Below are positions 23,318 through 35,253 of a stretch of 36,379 bases of DNA, one piece after another. How positions within the stretch are numbered: position 1 is the first letter of the stretch; each line of letters begins with the position of its first letter. The notes under the pieces were generated by a model. The model worked only from the letters and a program-made list of their open reading frames with translations. It was not told the origin of the DNA and ran no database searches. The stretch comes from Phoronis australis. Lineage: Eukaryota > Animalia > Phoronida. Where the stretch lies: contig NMRA01000122.1 in assembly GCA_002633005.1 (NCBI GenBank), forward strand, positions 137,992 through 174,370, in the 5' to 3' direction. Position numbers and translations under genes: made by a program.

Positions 23318-23616
23318 AAGGACGTTCAACATGTGTTGAAAAATTACCATAACTAGCGATGCGTTCACTTGTTTTGTTTTGTTTTCTTGAAGAAATGTGA
23401 CATTTTACCAGTTCAAAATCTTGTGACGAGGTAGCATTTTTATCCAATTTTCGGATACAGTTCAGATTAATTAGTTCATTATCGTTTTAGAGCTGAAGTG
23501 TGCAGAAAATACAGAAAAAGCAATTAGGGTGAAGTGGAATTGATTGAAATTTTTATAGTGATTGTCTTTGAAAAAAAGTTTAAACTCTATTTTACGTCAG
23601 ACAAAATTATGGTCTC

Positions 23617-23622
23617 AATAAA
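23617..23622 (+). promoter_or_regulatory. Candidate ERMP1 polyadenylation signal
   Basis: AATAAA 300 nt after the stop, followed by a U/GU-rich tract (ttttttgtgtg). Confidence 0.5.
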
Positions 23623-23798
23623 ACTGTTCTTACTTTTTTGTGTGATTCTCAAAATGCACAGTAGAGGTCCGTCTATGAAAATGGAAACCCCGGGAGAGCA
23701 CATTACTTTCATTATAAATGTGATGCAAATCCGGTATGACAACCTGCAGAGCTAAACAATACTCTTAAACGTCAATTAGTTAATCACAGTATGAGATT

Positions 23799-23804
23799 TT
23801 TATT
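23799..23804 (-). promoter_or_regulatory. Candidate SLC22 polyadenylation signal
   Basis: AATAAA on the - strand about 60 nt after the SLC22 stop. Confidence 0.4.
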
Positions 23805-23864
23805 TCTATCGTCTCGTATGATGAGCAAATTCTAACACTTCAAGCGAATCTATTTACTGTTCTC

Positions 23865-23997
23865 TTAAAGATACGCCTCTTCTTCCTTCGTGTTCTGTGC
23901 GAGATTGTCCTCTCCCAGTTCGCTAGTTTTACCATCCTCCACTAGGTGGATATCATTCTTTGGTTTCTTCACCCTTTTGTCAAGTGTACCTTTAACG
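23865..23997 (-). CDS. SLC22 terminal exon (hydrophilic tail)
   Basis: ttttag acceptor in the required phase; SVKGTLDKRVKKPK...NTKEEEAYL*. Confidence 0.7.
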
Positions 23998-26900
23998 CTA
24001 AAACAAAATTTAGAAAGTAGCATGTTGAAAATGTTTCAATTAACGCTACTTGTTTCCGTTGTATGCGTAACGATGCAGTCAATAATAAATGATTGTTACC
24101 CTGTAGAGGGCGATAATGTGCCACCCTCAACAGGGTTGAGACCGGTCGTGCCTCTCACGGCTAGCGATCGTTCTTTATTGTTTTTACCTACAGATTTGTT
24201 GGATCTAACTATATTTCTAACTAGGCTATGGCTATCTGGTCTGATTTGCAAATAATATATCAAAATATATATCTCATGGGTCGGGGACTATATTGTCGTA
24301 AAGCTATACTGAGCGCTACATGGCGGAGCTCAAGACTGGTCATGTAGTTCAAAATAAGATGAAATGAGAAAGAAGAAGCCAAAAAAACACCTACACGAGC
24401 TCCATTTCGAATAGAGTGTCAAACATAGAAAACAAGAAGTGTCTTAAGATTCGATTGGTGACGCCTCGCAAAATTAAACAAAAACATTAATTGGCATTTG
24501 CTGTTGCGCGAAATGCTGTGTTACAAGTTTATTGTCATATAGCGAATCAATGCACAATCTACTGTATAAATTAATACTGCAAGCCGAAATCGGCAATGAG
24601 CTGCAGAGGCTTCGAGACCAAACTCCGCGTACTCTCAGGCCTTGAGCCTGATTGACTGACTTCGGGAATGAATCGCGATGCTTTATTCTGTTTTGTAGGC
24701 CTTAAAAACGACTGCTTATTTCTCTCAAACCCAATCCTCGCAAATAGGGGGACCACTTTGGAATGCGCCTTGCAAGTCACCTTTTTCTTTAATGCGCTTT
24801 CTTAAAATGTATCTTTAGTGTTATCGGATCGAATCAGACAGTGTTTTCATTTCCGGTTAAGGTAGGCAGGTGTTCGAGTTGACTGGCAAAGTTATTTCAA
24901 AATATAGTTGTTTTCTGTGCAAGGACGGGAGTGATCACACTATGTGAATGTAATATCCTTGGTGCTTCCGTTTACAGTTTATTTTTGCGCAAATAAAGGA
25001 TTTTTGAAATCAGCAAAGAATTGTCAATTCATTATTCCTTTGTGCGTAAGTAAAATGATGCTGTGACAAGCCAACTAGCAGAGCTTGATCTCAAGCAATA
25101 ACTGGGAACCGTCGGTTCCGTCGAAGCCTCTAAATAACCTCCAGTTTAAAAACGGAACAATTTGACACTAAGTTCATGACGATAAGTAACCTTAGCCTGG
25201 TAGATTTTGGTGATCGAAGGCGGGTTTATAACCGCTTTTAACTACATTCATCAAAAAGTATCGCTTAGATAGCATTTATCGTACCTCGAAGTAAATTACA
25301 CTTCAGTTTGATGTCTAATCTTTAAAGGATAGTTGAGGAAAACCACACGCACCTCCGTTTCACTCTTTCGTTGAGTTTATTTTGTATTTCAGGTACTGTA
25401 ATACAAGCTCTTCCCAGCTCCTATGAACTGAAACACCGAGGAGTCTTAGTCGACTTAGTATTGAAATGAGAAACTGTGCTTTAAAAGGTCAGTCTCGCTT
25501 GTATAGGAGCTAATGTACCCTAACCGGTCGGCAGGTTCATGCATAACATTAATTTGCGAAATTGTTCTATCTGTACCCCTGACACAACGTACCTGTAGTC
25601 AATTGATTGGCAATCTTCTACTGTTTCCGGTAGTTTGTGACCCTTAGTCTCAGGTAGCAACAGCGAAAGAAAACCTGCGATGACGCTGACAGAGCCAAAT
25701 ATCACCGGTGGAAGTACTGTGCCGGAAACACCGGGTATAAACTTTCCCTGAAATAATTGTCAGCACTTACCAAGTACTGCGTGAGGTATTAACCTCAATT
25801 CATTTAATCGAGATAAAGGACAGGAGAGGTATTTAATCCAGTAACTTTTGTAAAGGTTCAAGCGTACAGACTCCTTAAAATACTGGAAAATAACAATATG
25901 TCAATAAAAAGAATATCCGGCCTATTCAGGAAAGTATGCTACATGGATTTCAGAAATAGGCTGGGTCAAAACGGAAAAAAATTGTTGTCACTGTAACTCG
26001 TTTTGTCTACGAAACTAAGTTTTCCGAGTCCCTTATACTTTCATTTATTGTTACGTCACCGTCAGTGAGCCTTCCGTGTTCCTCTTAGCGTCGTCAATCG
26101 TGATAGGTCAACAAAACTACAACTACTTATTAACTAGTTTTAGCTCACCAAGTCACCAATAGGAGAAGCCAGCATAGAACCAACTCGTGCCATGACTGAA
26201 CTTGTCCCCATCAGTCCGTTGCGTGCTACGGTCGGATAGATTTCAACGGACCAGTAGTACACTACGACGAAGCCATTTGTTGCACCGAATTTACCCGCCA
26301 TCGAGAGAACGATTAGAGCTGTGTTATTGGCTGAAAATCAAACATTTGAGGGAGGTTACTTTAGGAAGCTCTTTAACGTTGCATCACGTAATTGATTGTC
26401 TTTAAACCGCATTTCCTTTTTAAATATAGAATGAACGAGAACTCCAGAAATTGACCAAGCCTTTCAAACAGAGTTGTCTTGGCGTAACAGCATCGCTTTT
26501 AATTGTCGGAATTGAGAGAAAACCTGCTATTGGATTGAAGAGGTCAAGTTTTGAATGGACTGATTAACGCTATGATTGCGAAAAAGTGTAAATTATCTCA
26601 ATGTTCTTCGTAGCAAATGCAAAAAGGTCCTATCTTGGTGAGGAAAATATCGAGATCAATTTTCTAAGGGCAGCAGTATTAATTTCTTAGTTTGTTTTCT
26701 TGAACGCTAAACAGAAAAAACGCAGTTTTGATTGTTGATTGTTTTGCCGTATTTGAATACTCACTTGGTAAAAAGTCTAATTTCATGCCGTCAAACATCA
26801 AACGCATAACTCAAATTTTTATGAAAACTTCTATTTTGCTTTCAACATGGATTATACAATTCATGTCCTCAAACAAAGAATATGTGACTGAATTTTTATA

Positions 26901-29900
26901 AAAACTGTCGTATTGGGATTTGAACAAGAATTTTAGGTATGAGGTACATTGTCTTTACGATCTATTCAATGGAAACTTATTCAACTCCGCCCCCCAACAG
27001 CAGAAATATCATCCGTCAAAGTTTGTAAACATTATCTCTAGACTACATTTTGACGGGTAAAATCTTCGAGACACTTTCCTTCACCAATAGCAAACAAAAC
27101 AAGTCTGAATGATTCATGTAATGTACTCACGCGCATGTACAAAAACCGTCGAAAATCGAAATGCCTAAAATGGACAATAAACGTTTGTCCCGCAGTCAGA
27201 TGCACAATGCGCATGTAGAACAATGCGTTTTATGAATTTGCCAAGGTGACCATGAAACAGTGAATTCAGTTTAAACAATATGAGGATATTGTATTTTGAT
27301 AAAAATTCAACGAAATTCAACGAGCACATTCTAATGATGACGGTGACATTTAAAATGATTGTGTTCTCAAGAGTGTTTACCGAAAACCCAAGAGACTCGT
27401 GAAGCACTTATATCAAGAATCTTTGCTTATAAAACAGAGAATTTTTTATATCATCATTTTCCAATCTTACGGGTCAATCATTCCAGGGGACCCCATTTGG
27501 TTAGGGTACTTCATTTTGAAAGTTTGATCTCCCTAGCATGCTTGCGAAACCCTCGCCGTGCACTAGTTTTTTCTAGAGATTCTTGCGCCTACGGAACGTA
27601 TCCTTGGTGATCAAGCACCACCAGAAGCCAGTCTGATCAGTGAGAAATGGTGCAAGGTCTAATGCAAAGAAGTGTGTGATGTGTCAACAATAACGTCTGT
27701 ATCATCACTATTTACACTTACAGTCGAAATATAAGATGACGAACAAGAAACTGATGCATGCGATTCCGCCTAAGAGGTTGCCGAACACGAAGGGTGGCTT
27801 GCGTCCAATATAATGCCCCAGCAAAGAAAAGGCTTTCGCGGGGATCTCGGCTATACCCAATATCATGAAATTGAAATACAGGTCTCCGCCGAGGTTGCCG
27901 CTGTATAACGACAAACCGTAATAACCCATGCTGGTGGCGAACCTGGTGGAAATGAAAGAGAAAACTTTTTTAAAATGTATGTGTTAAAATTGTGCAATTT
28001 TTATCACTCAAGTGGGACTTCAGTAGTGCATTAGCAGGTGACAGAACGAGAATTGGTTGAAGTCCCAAAAACATGGTTTAGTATTCATTTAAACTAGTGC
28101 AACTTGTCCCACTTGTTACAACTTACTCCATCTTATCAAGGTTGGGTAACTTGGTAACTAGCGCTACGTCTAAGCGCTGTGTGGCCGCAAACTTGGCAGA
28201 CATAAAATCCAAAGCGAGGCTCACTGCGATAAACAAAGCCGAAGTTGACATTGCGTGAGTTAAATGGCCGGTCTTTCGAGTCCAACCTGGATATTAAATC
28301 TTAAAAGTGTGTCAATAATTAACCACAGAGACGTAAAGAAATACATTAGAGAACAAGTCAATGCACCAAAGAGTTGTCTGGCGAAAGGGTATAAGCTTTT
28401 TTCGGAAAACTAGGTTCAAAACATGAAAAGTAAATATGATCAAATTGCGGCGATTGACGTGTTACGGCTAGGTATTATGCTATCTTGTAAATTGTTGATA
28501 AAAATGCTAATTTCTACTCGAACCAGTTCGTCTGCTCTTATTTTTGACGAGTTGATGAAATATTCGACAGCATTTTGCTGTCATGTGCATCTGGTTTAAT
28601 TTGTTAATCAAGAATATTTACATCAAGCATCAGATAGCCTAGCTAGGTCCTGGTGAGGTAAGGACTACCGGGACTAACAATTGATTTGTCATTGATCTGA
28701 AAGAATAATTGATGTTATTAAATATATTTTTATTAAAATAAAAAAACCTGGCACAGATAGATACGTCTATCTACCGATATCTTTGCGACGAGCTTGCGCC
28801 CTAGTTTCCCTTGGCGTGTGCCCGCATTTTGAGATTCAGTTTTCTCCACTGAATTACGGGTATCATCTGGTTCTCAAACGTGGGCACGTTCTATCTGGCT
28901 ATTTCTCCGTTAATCAATTACAGGCCTCGATAAGACTTCTCTGTCCCGTAGTTCAACATCTCAAGCGCACCGACAGATCACTTGCATACTTGCGAATCAC
29001 GCACCTTTCATTGGGGGTGATTTGCGATGTCTTGAGTGATCTAGGTTTTTTGCAAGGCTCTTGCGTCCACGAAACCCACCCCAGATACAGTTGTGCACCA
29101 TTCACCTCCGCATCTTGAAAAGTGCCTTTACTGTCCCTGCGTATTCACGTGAGGTTAGCGTATTCAAGGAGAAACTTACATTTTCAAATGCGTTTTAAAC
29201 AGTCCCCAAAGTGTCAGCCGGTCCGAGTAATCTGTTCTCCCCATTTTCAGTTTTATTACATTATTCAGTGATCGAGGCGCCCCCAATTTGCAGTCCCAGT
29301 TACCAAGGTATGCCACATTAATCAACACGCCTTCAAAAATGGCCACGTTTCTCTTTAACACTATAAAATGATAAAGTGAGAAATCATACCAGTTGAAGAA
29401 CATGATGAGTGTCCTCATAATAAGTCTGGGTGATTTGGTCATTTCCTTCGGTAACTGTATCAGGGACACTTTATTCGCGCTTTCGGTGTTGTCTTTGATT
29501 TCGTCGAATAATTTTTCAGGTAATTCTTTCTTGTTCACCTTAAAAAAATTAGTATTTTTTCTTTAAAAATTAATTAATGAGCTAATATTCAAGGTTAGAA
29601 GGTAAGAACAAGACATCGTCCACCAACTTGTGACCAAACGGACGTCACTGGTTGTATGATGTGTCGGTACGTATGGTCAGAAAATCCTGATATCCACACA
29701 TTTGAATGAAAAAGCGCCCATTCCCTTTCGGGAGCGAAGGGGCCATTTGTGCCACCTGGGAATATGTGAGCACATATCAGATCTCGTGTGCGTGGGACAG
29801 TCAACACATTAGCTTCGAATTAAAAAATCGATGTTCAAGCGTTAAGATAATATAAAAATCGTGGTATGATATTTTGGTTCAGTATTTTGTTTTCATTAAA

Positions 29901-32900
29901 ATGTGTGTACTTTAACTATCATTATCAATTTTATTGTTATGCCAGTTTGGATAAAAATCTAAGTTACTTAGTCCACTAGAACTGATTTAAGAACTGCTCA
30001 CCCTAGCGGCAGTCCTCAAAATCTTCTCTGCTTCCTCTTCTCTTCCTTTTGACAACAGCCAACGAGCGGACTCTGGTACTAACCTGTGTCGAAGTGTAAA
30101 GTAAAATATTCTGGCAGTCGTTTGGAATCACTTGTTGGTATGACCATTTTTTGCATCCAATAACGTTATTGTGGCTATTTTCTGACTAAACTGTGAGGAG
30201 AAAGCTTGGGGAGTAATATGTAAAGGTGATAATAGATGAAGATCCCCCTCTCATACGAGCCTCACGTGCAGAATATTAATGGTTTTATAGCAATATCAAA
30301 ATGCTGCGCGATTCTTAAGTAGACTCTTTTAAAAGTGCTACCTGTAAACTTACTAGTGAAATATTTTACAAATATGTATCCATTCAATGGGTTATCATTG
30401 ATCAGGTTATATTGACTGGGTCCGAGGAGAAGCACCTTGTGGCCTGGTGTGTCGGAGGGATTGGTCTTTAATTGTTTTATTATACGACCACTGATGCTGG
30501 TTTCCTCTTATTTTTTCATTCTTTATTAGATGGACACGTTTTTGATGTACTGGTATCATCTGCTCGTTTTGTTGTCGAGGTTCCATGGTTTCAGCCATCG
30601 CAATTAGAGACATCTGACGTCCGGTGGCATGAATTAAAAGTGACGGGCCTATTCCACGAGTAGCTTGATCAACATAACCTCATAACGGAAGTTATTGCAT
30701 CATGCTTTTACCAAAGGTTTTGCCAAGGACGGTGAAGACGAAAAGCATGTACGAACAACTGCGTTAACCATTGGTGCATTTTGACTGCTCCGTTATCGCC
30801 AAACGCACTGCTCCGATGAACTACTGCCAGATGACTATCGTTTTCAATCGCTGTGCACATTTCCCCCCGTATTTTAAAAAAGTATAATTTAACTAGAATT
30901 AACTTAATGACTATCATGCAGTCTGAAAGTAATTGCATAATGAACTTCAACATATTGACATGAAGTCGATATGGATGGTCATGCAAGTTGGTAAAATCCA
31001 GCTTACCACCAATAGGTCAAGCAAAGAGCCCAGGGTAGGCTGAGTACAAACTGCAAGTTGGTTAAATCTAGCTTACCACCTATAGGTCAAGCCGGCAAAG
31101 AGCCCAGGGTAGGCTGAGTACAAACTACAAGTTGGTTAAATCTAGCTTACCACCAATAGGTCAAGCAAAGAGCCCAGGGTAGGCTGAGTACAAATTGCAG
31201 TTTCCTCCAGTCTCTGATTAAGTATGCCACCCCTCCTAATATCAGGTAGCCAACAGTGAAGAATGCTTGCAGTGATGTGCCCACGAAGATTCGTGCGGTG
31301 GGACCAATTAGCTCCGTTGCTGTGAATTATATGAATCAGATGTTACGTGAGTCGGACCATACAACACGCGAAAACGTTGAGGCAATTGGAAACGTATTTC
31401 CTTTTGTTTTTTGACCAGGTGTCAAATTTAAACACATATTTTGAAAGTAGCGGATTTGGACAATCTTCGGCCTCCCAAAAGGTCCCACCGTATAAGGCTA
31501 ATTACACAGGATTTGTTATCCGAACACACTGTCAGTCGCGTTACTTCCTCCAACAAACGTTACAGCTTATTTGCAAGGGCAACACCATCAAGTAAACGTG
31601 AAATAATGCGCTTCAAATTGTTCAGGAAGCCACCTACACGGTCGGGGCTTAAAATTGGCGGAAAATTTTTGATCTGACAACATTTAACTAATTTTAGTGA
31701 AGTGTAAACGACACACTTATATCGGTTTTCCTCAAATGTAAAACATAACGACTGATTTATGAAATTTATGTAGTAACAGGTGGTAGAGAGGTATATCTCC
31801 TAGGACTTGTGGAGTTACTTTTCGGATTAGCTACTCTGCTAAATATTTTTCTAAGGCGTCTAATGCATTTTAAAATTGTTAAAATTGAAAACAATAAAGA
31901 ATTCAACTGCAACGGCTTCATACAAATTTGTTTGAATTTGCTCATTCCTTTGTTTTTCCTTGTCTGTTCTAAATACTGGGGGACACTGTAAAACGAAATC
32001 CAAAAAGTGACCTTCGAACTCGTACCAATGACGTATCCGCAGATATACATTCCAATGTCGCAGGCACCGACTATGAAGCGCAGAATTGCGAACGAGTAAA
32101 ATTCTGGCGCACAAGCGGTACCTATGCCTGAGAGAAGGGAGAGGAACATTCCGAGTATCATTGCTTTCTTCCGACCAATCCTGAAATGAAAGAGCAGGCA
32201 ATAGTAACAAAAAGTGGTTGCTTGTCAGAGCCATCTCGGAATTTTTTCAATTAATAGTGACTATTTTTTAATTATATTACGTGGCTTAGCTAGCACTTGC
32301 CATATACGCCTTCGTTTCTAAGTGAAACCAAGAAAAATCTTTAAAATAAATCGTGTCCTGTTCTGCATTGCATTCAACGATATTTACCCACAAATACGCA
32401 CTTCACTGCTGCCGTTGTTTTTCTTATGTTATGTCGATATTGCTGTATCTTCTTCGTGTTTTCACCAGAAAAGGTTTTCTGTTGCTGTAACTTGCAGTGC
32501 TGACACCAAGAAATTGCCGACGAATTGGATTGATCTAATATTTGTGAATGCACAATGCACCAATTTTCTGTGTCTGTCTCAATTCACAGGACCGTCCCGT
32601 ATTACACTGCGACACTCGGATCTCGTTGCATTTACCCACAATCCCGCAAACATCCGTCAGGCACGTTTGCTGCCTCGTTTTCGTGTCATTGGAATTCCGC
32701 ATGTTATTTTTTGTCTGAATCTTTGCAAGTTTTTCTCGGCACCGTTACTCTGTTCCTCCTTCCAACGCTAACAAAGTTGTGTTGATGTGCTGTGTACTCT
32801 AACTCTGCCATGAAAAAGTTTGATAACTTAAATACACTGGGATGCGTGACTTAAAGCTCGTCAATGAGAGACAAGTAAATGCGCTGCGAGTGGGTAAAAC

Positions 32901-35253
32901 AAATTCATAGTCTTAATTTTGAACGGGAAAGTCGGAATTTACTTTCTTGAAAATATCTGTTCAATTTCGGTACTCCTGAACGACTGAATTTGGGAATTCT
33001 TCAACGGCCCCTGAGCGGTTTCTGTCATAATCTGCGAGGTCACGCGCTTTCATATCTCCACGACGTCGACGCGTAATCAGGGACTGCCTTGCAACTTCAA
33101 GAACTAGGTCAATTATACAATGAATACCACCGCGAGAGAGGAAAGTCTTGTTTCAGACGAACAAATAATTATAGCATTTTCTCACCTATAGCACGACAAT
33201 GACTATATACATTATTACGAGCGTTAATGAAATATTATCTACCTTCTTGTTTCATCAATATCTTTAGATGGAAAAGTTTGGGTCATATTTTTTCAGATAT
33301 AAGTGAGACTTTCCAATTAGTGCATTGCTGTCATATTTAATATATGACTTATTTGACTTACTGATCCGCAAGTACCCCAAACAAGAAGGAGCCAGCCAGA
33401 ACGCCACCCATAAATGAAACTCCTTCAATAGTCGGTTTACTTGCATCCTTGCAGACGAGGTTGAACTGTAATTAATTAAATTATCAATGTAATAATTCGA
33501 AGTGTCAGGCGATCAAGGAAGTCATAGCATTGTTTTACACTTGTCGGCACAGTTCGGCGCAAAATCTAGGAAAATGAGTTATCTTACGCGGATACAGGGT
33601 GTCCCAAACAATCCATTCACACTTTGAATAAGAATAATTGTGTTATTTCCTGGCTTAAGAACAAGATTCATGGCTTAAATTGATAATGGGGTGACAAAAG
33701 CAACTAAGACTTTAGAATAAAATAAAGGCATTGTTTACTTGGGAAGAATATTAATTCTAGGAATTTCAGCTCGTAAACATCCGGTGGCAGCATAGAAAAG
33801 CTAATGATCTGTAAACAATATGATGGAAAATTAAGTTTTGGCATTTGAGGTCACCGTTTACGCGGGTCCATTGTTTGTTGGTGCGAGTATGGCTGAACAG
33901 TACTGATATAAGAATAAAACTTGAGACGAGCTACGGATTCACCGTATAAATTGAGCCTACATAAACTTACAGCAAATCTTATGCGCGATCAGTCTTAGTT
34001 TTAACAGGAATCGCCTACAGAACCTTTCCCTTTAAATGCCTCGAATGTACCGCTGCACAACAAGCTCTTCATTACATTTTCAGATGTTTGACAATAATCA
34101 TAAACTTTATAGTTCAGCCAGCCAAAACTTTGATAATTTTTTTAAATAAAGTTTTGATGACAAGGTCATGTTAGAAGCAAAAGAATACAAATCACCATCA
34201 CCCAAACCTATCAATGGTCACTATTTGAACTTTAATGTTGACTAAGCAGGTCATTTTAGATTGTTAAGTAAGAATCTTTCTCCTTGGTTAATGTCTGACT
34301 AATATGGTTTATACTAGTAATTAAGTCGTTTTCCGGACGTAGGTGAGCCGATACAAATTACGCTTTCGTCGTATGTTACAAATTCACAAAACTAAGCGAT
34401 GTGATATGTGAAGTGCGGTTTAAAGAATAACCTTGGACTTGAAACTCTCAATGTGTATTTATTTACAAAATGTTGGATATCATTGGGGTCTCGTTTACCT
34501 GAGAACACCCTGGTATGGCTGAAACATGTCATTTCACATGTGCATGTATGCTATACTGCATTGTCTCTACGGTGCTTTCCGGCTTTCGAATCGAAAGCAG
34601 ACGGTCATTGGTTATGAATATTAGATTGAAAAAGACTGAAAAACATCAACGAAATTCGTTGTTTAACACTTAGCGATGATAAAAGTCATAATTTTTGGTC
34701 ATCTAAAGCCTGCAAAACTCCAATCTTAAGCTTCCACTGTAGCAGGATAACGTTCGGTCTTAATTTAAACGGATTTTGGTCTTAATTTTAAAATTTCATG
34801 GCACGGTGCTAAGACATTTTAGTTTTAAAATAGCCCGATTTCGGTCTAAGTTAAGACGGAAAGGGTTCGTGAAACTGGCCCAAAGTAATCGGCAATAACT
34901 GTTCTTATTCTGAAATAAGCTGATAAGTATGAAATCATGTAATTGTGTTTCTATCAAATTTCATTTTTCCTCACCTCTGTAACAACGGTTTTCTCGAAAA
35001 CTGACTTATCATATACCCACAATGTACAGGTCTCTGTCTCTGTTGTGTTCAGACCGAAGGCACGACTCACGTTCACCGACAAACTTTCATTATTCCTTGC
35101 CATTTCCCAGGCTAGATCAAAATCTATGTTCTTAATATTTTGCACTTTTCATATTTCCCTTCGGACGTACGGGGAATAAATGCATCCACAAGTACACGGT
35201 GTGTTTTGTTTTGAATGTCGAAGGTATCGCCATGGTAACCCGGCAGAGCACAT
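23865..35253 (-). CDS. SLC22-family (Orct/OCT/OCTN-like) MFS organic cation transporter, 5'-partial; exons 34975-35253, 33362-33465, 32026-32180, 31151-31319, 30002-30083, 29390-29538, 27722-27942, 26149-26330, 25593-25747, 23865-23997; apparent 1-bp frameshift near 35135
   Basis: SLC22 motifs WVYDKSVFEKTVVTE|FNLVC, LADQIGRKK, ELIGPTAR, RDWRKLQ, VPESARWL, YYGLSL, IGRK, EIYPTVARN and LLPETKG. The 104/155/169-nt exon series matches the typical SLC22 structure. Confidence 0.92.
25593..25747 (-). CDS. SLC22 exon (155 nt)
   Basis: LPPVIFGSVSVIAGFLSLLLPETKGHKLPETVED. Confidence 0.93.
26149..26330 (-). CDS. SLC22 exon (182 nt)
   Basis: LSMAGKFGA..GF.VVYYWSVEIYPTVARNGLMGTSSVMARVGSMLASP. Confidence 0.93.
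27722..27942 (-). CDS. SLC22 exon (221 nt)
   Basis: FATSMGYYGLSLYSGNLGGDLYFNF...EIPA...IGRKP. Confidence 0.93.
28264..28429 (+). pseudogene. Possible relic N-terminus of a transposon accessory ORF (SWIM/YqaJ-type, ISL2EU/Harbinger-like)
   Basis: MAGLSSPTW..NLKSVSIINHRDVKKY...PKSCLAKGYKLFSEN*VQN followed by a gtaaat donor-like site. The resemblance is from memory only. Confidence 0.35.
29390..29538 (-). CDS. SLC22 exon (149 nt)
   Basis: VNKKELP...SPRLIMRTLIMFFNW; donor gtatga. Confidence 0.92.
30002..30083 (-). CDS. SLC22 exon (82 nt)
   Basis: LVPESARWLLSKGREEEAEKILRTAAR; donor gtgagc. Confidence 0.93.
30982..31199. repeat. Tandem triplication (70/74/70 bp) spanning an SLC22 exon 3' end and its donor
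   Basis: Units 30982-31051, 31052-31125 and 31126-31195. Confidence 0.95.
31151..31319 (-). CDS. SLC22 exon (169 nt)
   Basis: TELIGPTARIFVG...AYLIRDWRKLQFVLSLPWALCLTYW; donor gtaagc. Confidence 0.92.
32026..32180 (-). CDS. SLC22 exon (155 nt)
   Basis: IGRKKAMILG...APEFYSFAILRFIVGAC..GMYICGYVI. Confidence 0.93.
33362..33465 (-). CDS. SLC22 exon (104 nt)
   Basis: FNLVCKDASKPTIEGVSFMGGVLAGSFLFGVLADQ; ttacag acceptor, gtaagt donor. Confidence 0.93.
33593..33640 (+). mobile_element. Solitary Tc1/mariner-like terminus
   Basis: TA|CAGGGTGTCCC start; no partner end found. Confidence 0.35.
34975..35253 (-). CDS. SLC22 large extracellular-loop exon (frameshifted as assembled)
   Basis: tttcag|A TGT GCT, giving CALPGYHGDTFDIQNKTH...YEKCKI in one frame, then KNIDFDLAWE...CTLWVYDKSVFEKTVVTE|gtgagg in another. 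Confidence 0.85.

Noticed and set aside
34690-34881. MITE-like right end (ttcgtgaaactggccc)
   Set aside because: No matching left end identified.
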